From UHGV virus genome UHGV-1362024: 46,959 nucleotides of DNA; one strand, given 5' to 3'. The notes beneath the pieces were generated by a model that searched no databases, was not told where the DNA came from, and worked only from the letters and a program-made list of their open reading frames with translations. The position numbers were made by a program, and so were the translations under genes. Source of the DNA: a virus. Positions 44,433-46,959 of this stretch are shown piece after piece (within the stretch, counting starts at the first letter, position 1; every line of letters begins with the position of its first letter).

Positions 44433-44455
44433 AAGGGCCATTCGTGGCCCTTTTT
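44433..44455 (+). terminator. Rho-independent terminator (AAGGGCCATTCGTGGCCCTTTTT)
   Basis: Hairpin plus T-run after the SSB-like gene. Confidence 0.7.
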
Positions 44456-44471
44456 CATTCGAGAGGACATT

Positions 44472-46334
44472 ATGAAATATACGCTAAGGCCATACCAGCA
44501 GGAAGCGGTTGACGCGGCTATGGCACATATCAGAAGCACAATTTCATCATGCGTAATAATTCTCCCTACTGGCGCAGGCAAGTCAATGGTTGTCGCTGAG
44601 CTTGCAGCACGCATCTATGAGATGAGTAAAAAGCGTGTGCTTTGCATTGCTCCAACCGGGGAACTTGTGACACAGAATCGATCTAAATACCTTTTAACTG
44701 GCGAGCCAGCAAGCATGTTCAGCGCCAAGGCTGGCCCTAAAAATCTGCGCCACCCTGTTGTTTTTGGCTCTCCTGTCACAATCAAAAACTCTATTGAAAT
44801 GTTCGGCGATAAATATGGAGCTGTAATTATTGACGAGTGCGACGGAATCACGCCAACCATTAAATTTATTATTAATGAGATGAGGCGTCGCAACCCAAAG
44901 CTGCGCATCATTGGCATGACCGCAACGCCTTATCGCCTTGGTACGGGGTACATATTTAAAGATCATTACCAGTCCGGCCCCACTGATGAAGAGACAGCCA
45001 TTGATCCTTACTATGACAAGGTTGTTTATGAGCTTGAGGCAAAATTCCTGATTGATAATGGCTATCTGACTCCTCCAGTTACTGAGCACGTAGAAGAAGA
45101 ATATGATACCTCTGGACTTGAGAAGGATAAGCTTGGGCGTTATACAACGGCATCGGTAGAGCGCGCCATGGTTGGAAAAGGACGCAAGACGTCTCGCATT
45201 GTTGAGGATATCGTCAGGCGATCAGTGAATCGCCGGGGAACTATGATTTTCGCCAGCACGAAAAAGCATGCCATGGAGATTATGGAATCTCTGCCTCCTG
45301 GTAGTTATAGCTATGTTTTCGGTGATATGCCTACTGCTGAGCGCAATAAGGCGATATCAGATTTTAAGGCGCAGAAGGTTAAATACATTGTCAACCAGAA
45401 TATCCTTACGGTTGGCGTCGATGTGCCACATTGCGATCATATTGCTGTAATGCGCGCCACAGAGTCGCCGCGCCTGTATCAGCAGATAATAGGTCGTGGA
45501 ACCAGGCTATACGAAGGTAAGGAAAACTTTCTCGTTAGCGACTATGCAGGAAACATAGAGCGTCATTTTGCTGAGACAGGAGACCTGTTTACTCCTGAGA
45601 TTAAAGCAACACGAAAAAAACCATCTGTTCCAATGGAAGTAAAATGCCCATCGTGCGGATTTGTTAATGAATTTGGAGTGCGTCCAAATCCAGAAGGCCT
45701 TGAGATGGACAGTGAGGGATATTGGCTTGATCTATCTGGTGACAGAATAATGGTAGAAATTTATGATAAATCTGGCGAAAAGATAGGGCAAAAGCCAATG
45801 CCCGGACACTTTGGGCGCCGCTGTAAGAACTATATTATGGTTGGTGCGCTGCGTGAAATGCGTCGCTGCACGTATAAATGGTCATTCAAAGAGTGCCCTG
45901 ATTGTGGTTTTGAAAATGATATTGCTGCTCGTAACTGCGTGAGCTGCAAAGCAGAAATTATTGATCCAAACAAGAAGCTACAGGAAGAGGCTGCAAGACT
46001 TGATGCTGCGCCAGATGCAACCAAGCAATCAAAAGTTACAATGATGAGCATAACTCGCCACTATGTAAGCAGTGGTGATGATATGTTGGTAGTTAAGTTT
46101 GCTATTGAGCAGTCGCCATGGTTCGTTAACAAATTCTTTAAACCCATGGCAGAAAAGACGTGGCAAAGAAGAGAATGGGAAGACTTCAGTATTAAATCTT
46201 TTGGAGAGGTACTGGAAATAGATGAAGCACTATCTAGAAGAGAAGATGCCACACATCCTACTGCCATTATGTTCAGAAAGGATAAAGGCAGCAAATATTA
46301 CAATGTGAAAGGAATGTATTGGGGTGAGTTATGA
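44472..46334 (+). CDS. Superfamily II DEAD/DEAH-type helicase with C-terminal zinc-ribbon region
   Basis: Motif I LPTGAGKS, motif II IIDECD, arginine-finger-type QQIIGRGTR, C-terminal CPSCG...CPDCG...CVSCK. RBS CGAGAGGACA. Confidence 0.85.
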   Translation: MKYTLRPYQQEAVDAAMAHIRSTISSCVIILPTGAGKSMVVAELAARIYEMSKKRVLCIAPTGELVTQNRSKYLLTGEPASMFSAKAGPKNLRHPVVFGSPVTIKNSIEMFGDKYGAVIIDECDGITPTIKFIINEMRRRNPKLRIIGMTATPYRLGTGYIFKDHYQSGPTDEETAIDPYYDKVVYELEAKFLIDNGYLTPPVTEHVEEEYDTSGLEKDKLGRYTTASVERAMVGKGRKTSRIVEDIVRRSVNRRGTMIFASTKKHAMEIMESLPPGSYSYVFGDMPTAERNKAISDFKAQKVKYIVNQNILTVGVDVPHCDHIAVMRATESPRLYQQIIGRGTRLYEGKENFLVSDYAGNIERHFAETGDLFTPEIKATRKKPSVPMEVKCPSCGFVNEFGVRPNPEGLEMDSEGYWLDLSGDRIMVEIYDKSGEKIGQKPMPGHFGRRCKNYIMVGALREMRRCTYKWSFKECPDCGFENDIAARNCVSCKAEIIDPNKKLQEEAARLDAAPDATKQSKVTMMSITRHYVSSGDDMLVVKFAIEQSPWFVNKFFKPMAEKTWQRREWEDFSIKSFGEVLEIDEALSRREDATHPTAIMFRKDKGSKYYNVKGMYWGEL

Positions 46335-46789
46335 TTTTTCCTGAGTGGTTAAAGATTTATGGTGAAAAGGACTACCGCAATAAAAAATGTCCTGTAGAAG
46401 ATGCTGAACTTGTAACATTCATAAATCAGTTGAAGAGAATGTATCCTGACAGTTTTGGGCGCCTTGTTCTTCACGTCCCAAACGAGGGGAAGAGAAGAGC
46501 GCACGAAGTTAATAATCTAAAAAAGAAGGGAGCTTTAAACAAAGGAGCTTCAGATATAATAATCCCTGGGAACCCATCACTTGTCATTGAGATGAAGAGG
46601 AGAGACCATACACTTTGCGAATGGGAGGATGGTCAGCTTGAGTATCTTGAGGCAAGTAAAAAAGTAGGGTGCTTTGTGTGCGTATGCCTTGGATGGGAAG
46701 CTGCCATGATGGCATTCAATGACTGGAGAGCAACGCATTACCCTTTGAAAAAGCCTCATGATAAGAGCATACAAATTGATAGTTTTTGA
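46331..46789 (+). CDS. VRR-NUC domain nuclease (PD-(D/E)xK fold)
   Basis: GASDIIIPGNPSLVIEMKRRD motif typical of VRR-NUC (D...E.K). ATGA-coupled to the helicase. Confidence 0.65.
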   Translation: MIFPEWLKIYGEKDYRNKKCPVEDAELVTFINQLKRMYPDSFGRLVLHVPNEGKRRAHEVNNLKKKGALNKGASDIIIPGNPSLVIEMKRRDHTLCEWEDGQLEYLEASKKVGCFVCVCLGWEAAMMAFNDWRATHYPLKKPHDKSIQIDSF

Positions 46790-46864
46790 ATGAAACCATC
46801 AAACACGTCAAAATCACCAGCAAACGAGCCGACGATGGATTTTGATGATGATATTCCGTTTTGA
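46790..46864 (+). CDS. 24-codon mini-ORF ending in an SSB-type tail (MKPSNTSKSPANEPTMDFDDDIPF); duplicated copy of the SSB 3' end
   Basis: The 39 nt GAGCCGACGATGGATTTTGATGATGATATTCCGTTTTGA are 36/39 identical to the SSB gene 3' end. The ATG abuts the VRR-NUC stop (TGAATG). It is followed by a terminator paralogous to the SSB terminator. Confidence 0.35.
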   Translation: MKPSNTSKSPANEPTMDFDDDIPF

Positions 46865-46869
46865 TGAAG

Positions 46870-46891
46870 AAAGGGCCGAATGGCCCTTTTT
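46870..46891 (+). terminator. Rho-independent terminator (AAGGGCCGAATGGCCCTTTTTG), paralog of the 44433 terminator
   Basis: Hairpin plus T-run. Confidence 0.7.
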
Positions 46892-46959
46892 GTTATCTCA
46901 TTGTCATTACACGATATATTGCATCTTTTATTAAATACCCTCCAGTAGCAGGGGCTGGA

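Noticed and set aside
1-46959. Search for CRISPR arrays, integrase, excisionase and CI-type repressor
   Set aside because: No repeat-spacer architecture and no tyrosine/serine recombinase motifs were recognised in any listed ORF. The only repressor-like protein is the small Cro/XRE HTH at 42200-42442.

Overview
The window (46,959 bp) looks like a near-complete genome of a tailed dsDNA phage (siphovirus). Its gene content and order resemble T1-like (Drexlerviridae-type) phages, but that family assignment is my inference, not a database result. No integrase, CI-type repressor or CRISPR array was found; the only lysogeny-like element is a Cro/XRE-like HTH at the replication switch.

Minus strand, a long morphogenesis/late unit (right to left):
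- Small early-like genes, a 313-aa protein, an HNH-AP2 endonuclease, TerS, TerL, five small genes, portal, MuF-like head morphogenesis protein.
- A lysis cassette (lysozyme, holin, Rz with embedded Rz1), then small genes including a Lar-like zinc-finger protein and a second HNH-AP2.
- Scaffold/protease-like, DUF2190-like and major capsid genes, head-completion genes, neck genes, major tail protein (Ig-like C-terminus), chaperone, tape measure, M/L/K-like minor tail proteins, a J-like tip protein, and a long tail fibre carrying a C-terminal SGNH/GDSL esterase module. The fibre runs off the window start.

Plus-strand cassettes interrupting this unit, each with its own sigma70-type promoter and terminator:
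- GIY-YIG/T5orf172 endonuclease.
- HNH-AP2 with small ORFs.
- A tRNA / structured-RNA unit with tRNA-Arg(TCT) and tRNA-Met(CAT).
- A ParB-like / C5 cytosine methyltransferase / truncated DnaN (beta-clamp)-like operon.
- An operon ending in a DUF2829 (Tad2-like) protein.
- A secreted-protein / zinc-ribbon operon.
- A HAD-like mini protein.

Six plus-strand cassettes, and one minus-strand early promoter, share a conserved TTGACGTAGATTGA promoter/operator module. The GIY-YIG cassette carries only CGTAGA-type repeats, and the tRNA unit uses a related TTGACA-17-TAGATT promoter.

Right end: a divergent replication/recombination switch. Leftward: HTH, prim-pol/helicase, a 125-aa protein. Rightward: Sak4-like ATPase, Gp157-like protein, a non-canonical SSB with a bacterial SSB C-terminal tail, SF2 helicase, VRR-NUC, and a duplicated 24-codon SSB-tail mini-ORF.

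Most worth a second look: the truncated clamp homolog in the ParB-methyltransferase operon, the Tad2-like gene, the SSB-tail decoy-like mini-ORF, the roughly 1-kb structured RNA/tRNA array, the iteron/poly-G intergenic region, and the two-tier promoter architecture.
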